A DNA stretch of 64,000 nucleotides from Octopus sinensis (lineage: Eukaryota): positions 88,536,001 through 88,600,000 of the forward strand of contig NC_042997.1 in the NCBI RefSeq assembly GCF_006345805.1, in the 5' to 3' direction. The position numbers were made by a program, and so were the translations under genes. Positions 1 through 12,797 of the stretch are shown in pieces; positions within the stretch are counted from its first letter, which is position 1, and each line of letters opens with the position of its first letter. The notes below the pieces were generated by a model. The model was not told the origin of the DNA and did no database searches. It saw only the letters and a list, made by a program, of their open reading frames with translations.

Positions 1-329
1 TCATGTAAAAAGTACTGGTGCCACATAAAAAGCACTGTTGCTGCTGTCATCTAAAAAGTACTGGTGCCATGTAAAAAGCACTGTTGCTGCTGTCATGTAA
101 AAAGTACTGGTGCCACGTAAAAAGCACTGTTGCTGCTGCCATGTAAAAAGCATGGGTGCTGGTGCCACATAAAAGCACCCAGTACACTCTGTTGGCATTA
201 GGAAGAACATACAGCTGTAGAAACCATGCTAGAACCGACAATGGAGCCTGGTGTGACCCCTAGCCTTACTAGCTTCAGTGAAACTGTCCAAACCATGCCA
301 ACATGGAAAATGGATATTAAATGATGATG
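1..329 (+). mobile_element. 3' tail of an RTE-type LINE/SINE containing a 46-bp tandem repeat (3 copies, 1-138)
   Basis: Unit tcatgtaaaaagtactggtgccacataaaaagcactgttgctgctg at 1, 47 and 93. Followed by ggcattaggaag..gtagaaacc..ccatgccaacatggaaaatggatattaaatgatgatg, the same tail seen on the RTE copies at 30846 and 59790. Confidence 0.8.
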
Positions 330-1854
330 TTACATGTGATTATAATTGTGGTTAATGTATTGTAAGTTTGTGTCAATCTCAAGTCAGCTGAACAGATGTC
401 TGATTAAAAGCTTGTTGCATTTTTTTAAGCAATAGTGTGATTTAAGATAGATTTGGTTTCTATTTCTTGCAAGCAGCATAGAGGTTTTCTTGTTGTCTGG
501 TGGTAGTAATGGTGATGATGATGATGATGGTGGGGTCGTTTTTATCATAAAACTTAAAATGGTGACAGCAACATTTATTTTTAACTGATACCTCCCATCT
601 ACTGTCTTCAGATAATATTCTGTCTTCCAGGAAATCTGTCTAACAGAGTCAGTTCAATGTTCCCCTCTCACATTCACTCTTACCATTGCATACCCCCCTC
701 CTTCCATTGAAATAACATGCTTTTTGCAGCACCAGATTGTTATACTTTTAACACTTTAGTCTCAGACCCACATCGTTTGCTGCAAAAGATATATGTATGT
801 GTGTGTGCTTGTGTAAAGATATATATATATATATGTGTGTGTGTGTGTATATATATATATATGCATAATTTTTTTTAAATGATAATAATAATAACAACAA
901 CTATAGCGTAGGTAAGAAAATGGTGTTATGTAAACAGCTCTGAACAATTCTTTAAAAAAGTGCATATGGAGAAATGGTAAAAGGATTATATGTACACTTT
1001 TTATATTTTATATTACTTTTCACTATTACTTAACATTATTTACTGAAATGTTATTGTATAGTTTTAATACTATATTTTGTATTCTATATTACTTTTTTTT
1101 TCACTTAAGATTATGTCAGTGAGTGACATCAATAGTGGAATGCCAGACAAAATGTCTTGCTGTATTTAGTTACAATCTTATGTGTTCTTCCTTCAAATCT
1201 CACTATGGTCAGCTTGACCTTTCATTCTGCTGATGTTGATAAAAATAAGTATCACTAATAAACTTAACTGTGTGTGAATTCTATAAATTATGCTTCCCCA
1301 CTTCATGCATCTGTAGTTGTTCTTACTTTGATGCACCAAGTACCATTGACCTTGAGGTTAGCTCAGTGGTTCTCAATATTTTTGACTTCATGGCACACTG
1401 TAGATCATCATTTTTGTTGTTGTTGTTATCTTATTTATCTATTTATTTTTTTGCCTTGCTGGTATGGGCTGGACAAAACTTCTTGACACACTCTTTTATG
1501 GCTGGGAACCCCAAGGTACTTGCATGTTGAACTGCCAACCTGAACAACATTGTTTATGCACACACACACATATACACATACACACAAATAGATATATATA
1601 CCATCATTCTTTGTAGAACACTGCATTCAAATCTGCTTTCAATAATATCTCAGTGTATTTCAGCCAAAATTGAAGTTCTTTTATATGTATCATTAATTTT
1701 ATCTTGTTGATTAGAGACTTGTCACACTGAAATTAACTTATCAATAAGTAATTATAATAGAATAAAACAACCTAATTAACATACTCTGTTGTTTTTTTTT
1801 GGTTTTTTTTGGATTAATTTATATTTGCTGAAATTCTCTTTTTCTTCTCTTCTA

Positions 1855-3590
1855 GACAATGATAGCTCAATAAGTAGTATCCGCATGCAGAAAGCTTCCT
1901 TACTTGCTGCCCACTTTGTATCCAACTCCACATTATACACCTTTGGCCAAACTCTGCCAAATCTATCCCTTTCCACTCCTCCAGGCTCACCACTTCATGT
2001 ATGCTTACACCAAGTGCAGAAATATGAGTTGTTTCAACCTTGACAGTGTTCCTTTTTATTGTACTCAGATATTGCACCCCAGATCTTTCCCATTTCCTCA
2101 CTAAACTCTTCAATCTTTTACTCTCTGGTATTTCAAAGTGTGCTTTAATATGTCCTATTCTTAAAAAAATAAAAGGCAACCCCTCTGACCCAATGAACTA
2201 TTGTCTTTATTGCACCCGCTTCTAATATCTCTAAGGTAATGAAGACAGTCATTAATAATGATTTTCTCCAACACTTTAAATCCCTTTCCTCAGTGATCAC
2301 TAGTATAGCTTATTTAGAGCCGGAGACTGGAGAACTACTTTTTTTAGAGAAGTCATTTGAAAGCAATACTGTTATCCCAGGCATTATTTAACCATGCCTG
2401 GTATAGTAAGCTTCTACCTTAACTTCCCACCTACAGTTTCCACCTATCTTTCATCTCTTGTATCAGTAGCTTCTTATCAGATTGCACCATTGCAATAATC
2501 TCAAATATGACCCAAGATTTGTTTTTACTCCCAACTCTCTTCCTTTTTTATATCAACACTTTTGATACCAACCCACTCAAGACCAACCCTGATCCTGTTA
2601 TGACAACTTCCTGTTTTAAAATGATGTAATTTAAAACCTTTCATCAAAATTCCATGTTGTTTTAAAGACTGGCTTAATAATGACAGTTATTTTAGAAAAT
2701 GTTTCATTATTTTCAAAATTAATTGAAATAAAGTAGTGCATTTCAATGGAAATATAGTAATTAAAGGATTAATGACCTTGCCACTCTTATGCAGATGCTA
2801 TGACTCTTCATTTCCCCAACCATACATAACCTGCAGCCTGAACACGACACAATTATTCTACAAATGGAGACCTTGAGAGCATCCTCCAGTGGAACCATAG
2901 TGGTCTTGTCCCTTCTAACAACAAAAGCACCAGTGCTAGCCCCATTAAGAAAATAGCACCACATTCCTAAACACAAGCAACACCCATTTAAAACCTTCTT
3001 GATCATTGCAAGTGCTAGGTCTCACTATCATCACAGATCTTTCTTGGTGAAAGTACATCCTTAACATATCTAGGACCATATCCCAAAGCCCTAAGGTTGG
3101 CCTTTTTCTTCAGGGTCAGCAATATTTCAGTCTTCAACAATTGTTGACACTCTACATGATTCAAGTAAAGACCACAATGGAGTATTGTTCACATATCCGG
3201 GTTGGTACTACTGTATTGTTATAGGCACAAACATTCTGGACTTATATCCAGAGAAAGGTCACTTAAATCATTAAGACATACTTGAGCAGCTGGCCTACAG
3301 ACATGCTGTCTCCTCTTACTGTCTTTTCTAATGCTACAATGATGGTCTCTGTTCCATAGAGCTGGGTCATCCCATACCTCCTCATCTCAAGCAGTTCCAT
3401 ACCACTTGACTCACCATCTCTTGCTATCCTTATTGTCCATTTACCCTAGTTCTGTTGTCACCACTGTGCCCAATTCTTCCTCCTTCAGATATTAGTCCTG
3501 TGGAATCTTCTCCCAGCTCATGTCTTTTCTACAGATGTTGACCTACCACACTTCAAAGAGCACATTAACTGGATCAAGTTCACCAGTCTT
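1855..3590 (+). mobile_element. Degenerate CR1/Jockey-type LINE reverse transcriptase region
   Basis: Frameshifted RT motifs: LTKLFNL..CPILKK.KGNPSDPMNY, SKVMKTVINN, LFLFYIN/DL, and a QQLLTLY..QVKTTMEYCSHI-like C-terminal block. Confidence 0.8.
2557..2768. mobile_element. piggyBac-like MITE inserted in the LINE
   Basis: Flanked by TCAA (2553) and TTAA (2769). Removing it rejoins the LINE text YIN|DL. A related copy lies at about 22740-22941 and ends aaaagggttaa. Confidence 0.6.
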
Positions 3591-4144
3591 GGCACTACCC
3601 CTTACTCAAGGATCAGTAGGCAAAATCAAATAAAACAATACATAGCAAATATTTATATCTATATATTATATTATAAACATAGCTCCTGAAATATAAAAGG
3701 ACTCTTTGTTTACACTAATGCTAATTTTACAGTATAAATGTCAATGACTTTGTTCTTGTTCCCATGCTACCAAACGAATTTTATCACAAAAAGCAGCTTT
3801 AATCCATATTATTAGTGATTTCCTGTCAAACAATAATTGGTTTATTAGTAAAGCACTTATGATTATAGACAAAGCAACTGTCATAAAGTAGCATTGCAAA
3901 TTTTTTAAAGAGATTCTTTGTAATGTGTATATATATATAAACATACACACACACACATACACACACACATATATATATATATATATAACGACACACTCAC
4001 TATGTTTTGATAAGCCTGATGAGTTTGGAAATCATGTTATATATATAAATGTGTGTGTGTGTGTGTATATATGTATATATATATACACACATTTAATTAT
4101 ATATGCATTTATCAATAGGCATTTATTTATTTTACATATGCATT

Positions 4145-4198
<54 letters not shown>

Positions 4199-4450
4199 AA
4201 TATTCTGTCTTTTTATTTATGTATATGTATTCTGCTGGAGACAGGATTTTGGAAAGCAGCAGGAGGACACCTAGTAGTCATGACCTGGGTGGGCCCGGCT
4301 CCTGTAGAGAGTCAGGTATAAGGGCCAAAACACTTGCCTGATTGGATTCTTCCTCTGAAAAACTCCCCTGCTGTGTGCTCACCTTGCAGTGAGTTTCAGT
4401 TATTTATGTATATCTATACATATGTAGTTATAAATACAAGAATATGTATA

Positions 4451-5376
4451 TGTAAGTGTTTCAAAACTCTGTCACATTCTTAGAACTCTTATATCATAAA
4501 CTACAAATGATAGCATGATTGAACTGGTACCATTTAAAAGCTAAAAGTGTCAAGCTTTCTTCTGTTAATTTAATTAATTAAATTTAATTTAATTTTGTTT
4601 TGTTCTCTCTTTTCAGTAATATCAATCACAAAAACAAGAGAAGTCATTTTGCATCCTAGAATATGCTAAAACTGAATCATGAACATGTGTTCAATGCAAA
4701 TTTCATACAACATTTATCAAGTAGGCACCAGACAGACATTCCATTTTTAATTGGTATGCAAAATTTAAGGAGGATGGGTGTTTGTGCTGGCAAAAAGAAC
4801 AGGATGCCCCTCAACTTCAGATGATATGGTTGAACAGGTTCGGCAAGCCTTCCAGCATAGCCGTCAGAAATCAGTCAGAATAGCCAGTTGAGTACTTCAG
4901 CTCTCATTAACAACTGTTTGGTGTGTCTTAAAGAAATAGCTGCAGTTCACACCATACAAGCTGCAATTGGTTTAACAGTTGAAGGACACTGATAAACCTA
5001 TTAACCATGAATTTTGCACAGGAGTCTCTTTTTCTCTTTGCCAGGCACAAACACCCCTCCTCCTTAAATTTTGCATGCCAATTAAAAATGGAATGTCTGT
5101 CTGGTGTCTGCTTGGTAAACATTGTACAAAATTTGTGTTGAACACATGTCCATGATCCAGTTTTAGCATATTCTAGGATGCAAAATGACTTCTTATTTTA
5201 TGAATGATATTACTGGATCTGAAAAGAAACAAAAATTAAATTAAATTAATACTAAATTAACAGAAGAAAACTTGACACTTTTAGCTTTTAAATGTACCAG
5301 CTCAATCATGCTACCATTTGTAGTTCATGATATAAGAGTTCTTAGAATGTGATATAGACTTTTGAAACACCCTGTA
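4451..5376. mobile_element. Mariner-family (DUF4817-type N-terminus) fold-back element with ~345-bp inverted arms
   Basis: Left arm 4456-4800 and right arm ~5030-5371 are reverse complements; the right end is ttttgaaacaccctg-TA. Arms and loop encode a transposase N-terminus: FCILEYAKTES..PDRHSIFNWYAKFKEDGCLC..SDDMVEQVRQAF..PYKLQLV. Confidence 0.85.
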
Positions 5377-5429
5377 TATATCTTAATATATGTGTGATAA
5401 ACATATATCTGTATGTGTGTGTATGTATA

Positions 5430-5668
5430 TATATTCTTTTATTCTTTTCAGTCACTTGACTGTACCCATACTGGAGCACCGCCTTGCAAAGTTTTAGTTA
5501 AACAAATTGATCTCAGGACTTATTTTTTTAGGCCTAGTACTTGATTCTGTTGGGGTCTTTTGCCAAACTGCTGAGTTATGGGGATGTAAACACACCAACA
5601 CTGGTTGTCAGTCAGTGATGGGAGGATAAACACAGACACAAAGACACACACACACACACACATACACA
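5430..5668 (-). mobile_element. SINE family A, 3' half
   Basis: Reverse complement of the body/tail seen in the full copy at 28826-29200 (gtccccataac..gaataagtactagg..gtgctccagtatgg..tgactgaaa). Confidence 0.8.
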
Positions 5669-5672
5669 CTTA

Positions 5673-6937
5673 TAGACGGGGTGCAGATGTAGAATTAGCA
5701 CACCCAACAGAATTCAAGAAAAAGAAGATATAAAATCTTTATCTTTTGAGATTTAGGGAAAACTCAAGATATTCAAAGTTACTGGACCTGCATATTACAT
5801 AATTATTCACTATAACCCCTCCACTAGCTTTAATAAAAAGGGAATTGGAAACAAGTTCATTTCATGGTTGCAACTGATAAATCTTGGAATGCCTGGCAGA
5901 TGCACTGCTTTAGCTCATCCTTGATGTTTCAGGCAGTCTTGTTTGTGACTCTCCTGACTACATCCCCTGGAGAGTTAATAAGCCATGTGTCTAGGCTGAC
6001 ATGGTTGTAAATGTTGGCTAAGAGCCACTTTTAAATCTTCCTGGCTCTGTATGTGGGTGCAGAATCTTGCTGGAACACATAAGGTCTTCTCCCTGTCCTC
6101 TCTTCAATCCAGGGCTTCATCAGTTTTCAAAACACCCTGGTATACATTCTGATTTATCTTCAGGTCTATATTAAAGATGTATTAGGGTATGATATGTCCC
6201 CCACTGTTGATGAATCCAAAAACCATGATGTGAACATGAGACTTGGTTTTCGATACTCTGGGAGCATCATGTAGGCTAACTGCTAACCATCTGGTTTTCT
6301 CCTTGCTGTGTGCCTTGTTCTGGCAAAAAGTTGTTTTTTTTTTCATCTGAGAAAAAGCACAGCATGTTTGATTCCTGCAGATGCTTCAAGTTGTTCAGTA
6401 GCTTCTTGGCCCTCTTTAAGTAGTTCTCTTTTGACTTCTGAGTGAGTAGCTGTCTTGTTGCATCTTGTAACACTTGTAATGAAGGTCTTCCTTTATACAA
6501 GTCCTAACAGTCTTATCATAGCCCTCTTGTCTGGCAGTCTTGTGTATCCCAGTGGAAAGGTTTTTCTTACTGCTCAATTTTCTGGATGAAATCAACAACT
6601 CTCACTCTTTGTTTACTGCTATTATGAGTTTTCCTAGCAGCCACAGTGTCAGTATCAAAGTTACTGCTCTCTAACTCCTTCCTCATCCTCTGGTATGTAT
6701 GTTGTAGGAGCTTTAAGTTGTCAACAATGGCCTTGTTATTGATACTGGCACAGACTACCACCACCTTCCTTTTCCACTCTTCAGGTCACTTATATTCTTT
6801 TAATCTGTCTTGACTCACCATTTTTTTGAAGCCAAGTACAGTCTGATGAAAACAATATTAATTTACATCATAGCTTTCAAAATAGAATTTTATATGTTGC
6901 TTAAAAAGAGGCACTGATTTAAAATCCCCATCCTGTA
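5673..6937 (-). mobile_element. Degenerate maT/DD37D-like mariner transposon
   Basis: Minus-strand motifs CFFSDEK, PWIEE..PYVFQQDSAP and W..NSP, with stops and frameshifts. Degenerate TIR-like ends (tacaggatggggattttaaatcagtgc at right). Confidence 0.75.
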
Positions 6938-7062
6938 TATATATATATATATATATATATATTTAATTTATATTTATTTATTTTATTTAATTTATATTAA
7001 AATTTTATGTATTGATTAAGTCTTTCCTTGTTTGGTTTTAAAATAGTGGTTTTGTCTCGAAT

Positions 7063-7103
<41 letters not shown>

Positions 7104-7129
7104 AGAGAAAGAGAGAGTGAGATATTTTA

Positions 7130-7355
7130 TTTCATATTGCTCCAGTCCACTCAGCTGGCAAAAATGAATTAGTACCTGTGTTTGAAAGGGCCATCCTTTT
7201 CACATTCTGTGTCATGCTGAATCTCCTTGAGAACTATGCTGTGGTTATGAGTCTGTGGAGTGCTCATCCACTCACACACTGATTTCACAAGTAGGTTGTC
7301 CTGTTGATCTGATCAATTGAAATCCTCATTGTCATAACTGATGAAGTGTCAGTTA
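7130..7355 (+). mobile_element. SINE family C, 5'-truncated
   Basis: ttgctccagtccactcagctggcaaaaatgaa..tgctgaatctccttgagaact..gttgatctgatc matches the reverse complement of 39925-40130. Confidence 0.7.
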
Positions 7356-7363
7356 TATATATA

Positions 7364-8893
7364 CTAGCAGTATCGTCCGGCGTTGCTCGGGTTTGTAAGG
7401 GAAATAACTATATAAGCATTTTTAGAGAGTTATAGCAAAAAAATGCATTCAAAATGGAATAAAAAATGATGGTAATTTTTTTTTTAAATCGTTGACTCAT
7501 CATAGACATTTTTAGAGAGTTACTTCCCTTATATAATAGCAAAAAAATGCATTAAAATGGAAAAAATGATGGTAAATTTTTTTTTAAATCGTAGACTCAT
7601 CGTAGACGCGCGCTAATACCCAGAAGGGCTCGATATGAATCACGACTATAAGATACCCGATTTTGATTAAACTGCACCGCAAAATGTGGGAGTAGTTAGG
7701 AATCTAAATCGTAGGAGACAGACACACAACTTCACTTTTATATATAAAGATTTGTGCAACAACTAAAACATTCAGTTGTGCAAATTGTTTGCACAGGAAA
7801 CCTGCCCTGTGTGGCAGTTTTTGCCATTTTTGTGGATCTGTTTCAGCTTTTTTAGTGATTTCTGTTTTGGCGACTTCAAGCCATGAAGTCGTTGTTCTAA
7901 AAGAACGCTGATCTCCTTGACAACGCTTTACGACGTTGATTTCCCTACCCTGCCTTCCCCACAGCTTCACGAGGGAGGGAAGAAGGGGAGGAGCTACACA
8001 GGTGCAGGTGCGAGCATGAATGCCAACGCCGCCACCGACACACGAAAAAATTGGAAGAACCTAGACGACAGCTTCAGCCACCACCACGACCAACACCATC
8101 ACCACTACGCCCATGACCATCACCACCACCATCACGAAGACCACCATCACCACAACCCCCACCACCACGACGACCACCACCACCAACAACAACAACAACA
8201 CCACCACCACCACAAACACGAAGACAACCACGACCACCATCACCACTACCAACACCACCGCTGCCACTACCACCGCCTCCACCACCACCATACTATGCCT
8301 CTGCTCTCTCCTTTTGGCTACTAAATCCATTACTATATTTCACAAGTACCATCGCCATACAATATTGCCTTCAAAAGTTTGTGTTTGGATAATATTTTTT
8401 AAGTAAAAGTTGTGCAACAACTATAACATTCGGTTGTGCAAATTATTTGCACGGGAAACCTTCCCTGTGTGGCGTGTTTCGCGACTTTGTAGAATTTGCT
8501 TTCGGGCTTTCTTAGCCATTTCTGTTTTGGTGTCTTCAAGCCATGAAGTCGTTGTTTTAAAAGAACGCTGGTCTCCTTGACAACGCTTGATTTCCTTAGA
8601 CTCCCTTCCCCACAGCTTCACGAGGGAGGGAAGAAGGGGGAGAAGCAACACAGGTGCAGGTGTGAGCCCTTTATTTAAAAAATATGTGTTAAAATGGAAA
8701 AAAATTATGGTAAATTATTTTTAAAATTGTAGACTCACCGTAGACGTGCGCTAATACCCAGACGGGCTCGATATGAATCACGACTATAAGATACCCGAAT
8801 TTGGTTAAACTGCACCGCAAAATGTGGGAGTAGTTAGGGATCTAAATCGTAGGAGACAGACACTCACACAACTTCACTTTTATATATATAGAT
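7364..8893 (-). mobile_element. Composite non-autonomous Helitron
   Basis: On the minus strand the 3' end is a hairpin (ccgagcaacgccgg) plus CTAG at 7364-7367. TC-type 5' ends (atctatatatataaaagtgaagttg..) occur at both ~7750 and ~8893. A ~260-bp block is duplicated (7752-8010 vs 8404-8668). Confidence 0.8.
8060..8292. repeat. Mixed CAC/CAA/GAC trinucleotide tract inside the Helitron
   Basis: Direct reading; it explains the His-, Thr- and Val-rich ORFs in three frames. Confidence 0.9.
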
Positions 8894-9001
8894 ATATCTA
8901 AAATTCTTTTTTGAAATTGGATCTTGGTGCACATTAATGCTATACATAATAGCATGTAAATATTGGGTTGAAAATCCATTTTGGATAGAAATATATACTA
9001 T

Positions 9002-9039
<38 letters not shown>

Positions 9040-9071
9040 TATGTCTAATTATCTGTCTGTCTATCTATCTA

Positions 9072-9103
<32 letters not shown>

Positions 9104-10689
9104 CCTGTCTATCTATCTATTGATTGATCTGTCTATCTACCTATCTATCTGTCTCACTTTCTCTCTGTCTAAATAAATAATTAAAATTACACCTTTGTTA
9201 CATTGCGGGTAGACATTAGGTAATGTAGTCCTAGATATATAATGCTCAAAGGTGGTCATGGCTAGAATGACTTTGATCTTAATTTTACTGTGTGATAGCT
9301 GACCTAGAACTAAACACTGCCAGCCTCTATTTGCAATATATTTTGTACAATAATGTGGAAAGTAACAATATTGCCTTTATTATTATTATTTATTTATTTA
9401 TTTTTGCCTACATCTAACAGATGCCATAATATATTTTTGGACACCTAGTCTACAGAGATTTGAATTGATTCACATGTTCATGCTGGTAGAGGCAGGAATA
9501 CTTTTACTAGTCTTATACTGCATAACATGTAATGCTATCTTACATCCCCTTCAAGTCAAATTTAATTTTTAAAACATATCATATACAAGTGTAAGTTTCA
9601 AAACTTATGAAATTCTATTCAACAAATTTCTCCTTTCCTATTCTAAATGTAACCTCTTGTGATAAGTTTCCCACTATATCAAATTACTCAACGAGCTGAA
9701 TATTTTGAAAATAGCTTTAAAAAATATATACTTTCTTTAAAGATGCTTCACAATCTTATTCAACCTAATAAAGTTAGTAAAGCATAGAGGATTTTCTATT
9801 ATTTTCTTTTACAAACATTTGGATGGGAGTGGTATTTTTTAGTGTGTTTTCTAATTTCTAATATATATATTTTCAAACACCAATTCTGTTGTCAAGGATT
9901 AATTTTAACTAGTCCTTTAATCTGTTATGCATTTTAAATTAGCCATGTTTTACCTAAATATTTTACTTGTCTAATGATCAAGCTGACTAGATTCAGCCTC
10001 TCATACCTACCATACAATGTCATTCTAAGAAAATAATCTCATCAAAATCTCATAGCTACAAGATAATGCACGATTAATTCAAAATAATGTGTATAAATAA
10101 TTATTATATATGACAAAAATTTGAAAGCTAGAGCGTTGAAATGTATAAATGTCGTTCTTTGAAAATAAAGACATTATAACAACATTGACTTTAGTTCTGA
10201 TAAAGCAATAAACATTTGCAATGTTTTTTTAGAGATATCTTGATGTAAAAAAACAAAAACAACAAAGTTGTTTTTACTTTATGAAAATTAAAGGAAGGAA
10301 TCAGTGGGAATTAATGAAATGTTGCCAATAATGGAGTGTACATGAATCAAAGTAAGCATTATCAAGAGATCAGATTCTATTGAATTATAGAAAACTTTAA
10401 CTCTTAACTGAAAGCTAACGAACCTCTTTTCAATTTTACAACACTTGCAGTTAAGAGAAAACCATTTAGAAACTAAATATTTTTAGTCAAACACATAACA
10501 CACTGTTAGTGACAGGATGTGAATTGTTGACTTCACAGTCAGATGATATGAGGTGTACTGGTGACATTCTAACAGATGAAATAAAATCCAAGGAGGTTGG
10601 TGATGGTCTGCATTAGCAACACTTGTATTATTTGGAAGAATCAATAGAAAGAGTAGAGTAAAATTTCTGTTGGGAATGGAGTTTTCAAT

Positions 10690-11060
10690 GTTTCAGAAAG
10701 ATTACTTCTTCAGGGTTAAGACGACAGTGATGGGGGAGAAAGGAAAGACTGCAGAGTTTCACATCCTCTATGTTTGAGCTAGTGACAGGAACTGACGGGG
10801 AACATAAAATGTGCATATGTGGCTAGGAAATAGTGGGAGAGAGAAAGAAGGAGAGAAAATTGTATAGAGAAACTGGTGAAAATAAAGGTGACAGGGGAGC
10901 TGAAGGATAAAATTGGGATTGCTATACTAACAGGGCTAAAGAAGTTGAAGGTAAAACATTCATTTAAACCCACTGATGCTATGGTTCCAAATTTGTAATG
11001 TTTCCTTGAGTGTGATCTTCTGCATATATTGTTGGATTACATATATCATGACTTACAGTC
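10690..11060 (-). mobile_element. Penelope-like element 3' remnant (end of GIY-YIG domain plus terminal motif)
   Basis: Minus strand gives GTIASVGLNECF, resembling the PLE C-terminal GTLxPxGLN motif. gtttcagaaagattacttcttcagg at ~10710 resembles PLE terminal sequence. Confidence 0.4.
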
Positions 11061-11787
11061 CATGTAAAATTTGATGTGATCTTTAATCCTCCTAGAATTC
11101 ATCAAAAAATGTCAGTTGCACACTTATTAAATATTTAGTCTGTATTTGTATTGTCAAGAGCTCATTAGGGTTATTTAAAAGCAAGAAAGAAAACAACAAA
11201 TGCAGTAAAGAGAGAATAAAATGTCAGAATGAGGTGAATGATTTGTAAATAACATTACTTCCCAACAGTTGTAATAAATGGATAATGTTACCTAAGATGT
11301 AATTTTTAATACAGGAAAATTAAATGAAATTGGAACTAATAAATGAGTTACTACAAGTAATGTGGATGCTAAATTACATCGCAGTCTAATTGAATAAGGA
11401 TATATGAATCTTGTTGAAATGTTTTATAGCAAAATTCTAAAAATAAAATTTGCACATTACAAGAAAAGAAAGAGTATTTAGAGCCAAAATGTATTATATT
11501 TAGTTCATGTTTGTTACTACCTTATGAAGATTTTCAGCTATTGTATTAAGAAAATTTCTTCTCTTCTTTAGAAATATATTCATATTTTCTTCAAAAGGTT
11601 TAGATGGGAGAATTGTGGTTGTAGTTGATCTATAATTGATAGGTATTAAGCTTTCAATGCTGAGCTGAAATTTTTCCATTTGCCATTAAACTAAAAGGAA
11701 ATCAGTTCAGTGTATTCTTTCTTGAATTATTACATGAATTTTGATGAACCCTTAAATCTGGTGAAACATCCTTAGCAAGCTGTAGGT

Positions 11788-11999
11788 CAGTGTTTCTCAA
11801 CCCTTTTTGTTTTATGCTTGTCTTTGAATTTCCAAAAGAAGTGAGTTCCATCCACCATGAAAAGAGAAAACTAAGTTTTAATTAAAACTTTATTGCAAAT
11901 TTTATTTACTTGTTACTTATCCACACTCCATTCTCACCTGCCACCAAAATATTGCTACACCCCAATAATGGGGCATGTTTCTCACTGTGAGAAACACTA
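11788..11999. mobile_element. hAT-like MITE
   Basis: Ends cagtgtttctcaa and tgagaaacacta are inverted; no 8-bp TSD visible. Confidence 0.55.
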
Positions 12000-12191
12000 G
12001 GAAAATGTTTTTTTATTTTTTCTAAGTACTTTGAATTCCAGTTTTTAATACAAAATGCTGTCAGTCCATCTAATTAGTGTTATAGAACATCCAGGCAGTG
12101 CCATATTACATCTGGATAATGTTGAAGCTTATCTGCCAATCCACTACCACTGGAGATATTTAATTATTAAAAATCTTTTGAGTTGAAGCCT

Positions 12192-12411
12192 TATGAGGGG
12201 GTGCCAAAAACCTCCTGGCTTTGGATAAAAGTAAATACAGGAAGATCAGCTAATTATGATTTTATTCAACATATTCCCCTCTCAGATTCACATGCTTATT
12301 GCAGCACTCCTTCCGTTTTTCTAAGCCCTGTAAAAGAACTCAGAAGGTTGGGCCTTCAACTAGGCCTTTCACAATACCCTTAAAGCCAGGAACTTTTCAC
12401 CACCCCTCATA
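12192..12411. mobile_element. Mariner-type MITE with TA duplication
   Basis: TA-tgagggggtgccaaaaacctcctggcttt ... aaagccaggaacttttcaccacccctca-TA; ~28-bp imperfect TIRs. Confidence 0.85.
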
Positions 12412-12581
12412 TATTTGTAGATATTCAATCTAAAAGGTACTAATTGTACTAGTTATTATATATGGTTGCAGCCATAATGCAACTGGCTAGAATCGTTTTC
12501 AAGTGAGTAATGTTATGTTTGAACTTGATACTGTAATTTTAGAAGTAGGTTGTGTCATATTTCTGCGTTCTGTAATAATAT

Positions 12582-12797
12582 TGATTTCAAATTTTGGCAC
12601 AAGGCGAACAATATCATGGGGAGGGCAAGTCAATTGCATTGACCTTAACATTCAACTAGTGTTTATTTCATCAACCCCAACAGGATGAAAGGCAAAATTG
12701 ACCATGGTGGCGTTTGAGCTCAGAATGTAAAGTCAGAAAAAAACGTTGCTAAGTATTTTTTCTGGTGCGGTAATGATTCTGCCAGCTTGTCACCTTG
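12582..12797 (-). mobile_element. SINE family B, near full length
   Basis: Reverse complement reads ggtgacaagctggcagaatc (A-box-like)..ctgagctcaaacgcc (B-box-like)..tttcatcc..ccttgtgccaaaatttgaaa. Confidence 0.8.

Noticed and set aside
1-180. Regular repeats resembling a CRISPR array
   Set aside because: Units are contiguous 46-bp tandem copies with no unique spacers. They are part of an RTE 3' UTR in a eukaryotic context with no cas genes.
1364-1514. hAT-like MITE (cagtggttctcaa..ggctgggaacccc); similar left end at ~58152
   Set aside because: The right end is too degenerate and there is no TSD, so it is not listed as a supported feature.
7917-8406. His-rich, Thr-rich and Val-rich ORFs
   Set aside because: All three arise from one trinucleotide tract inside a Helitron; no splice signals or domain support.
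10470-10660. Short open frame (..SDDMRCTGDILTDEIKSKE..) in unique sequence
   Set aside because: Under 50 codons, weak splice signals and no recognisable motif.
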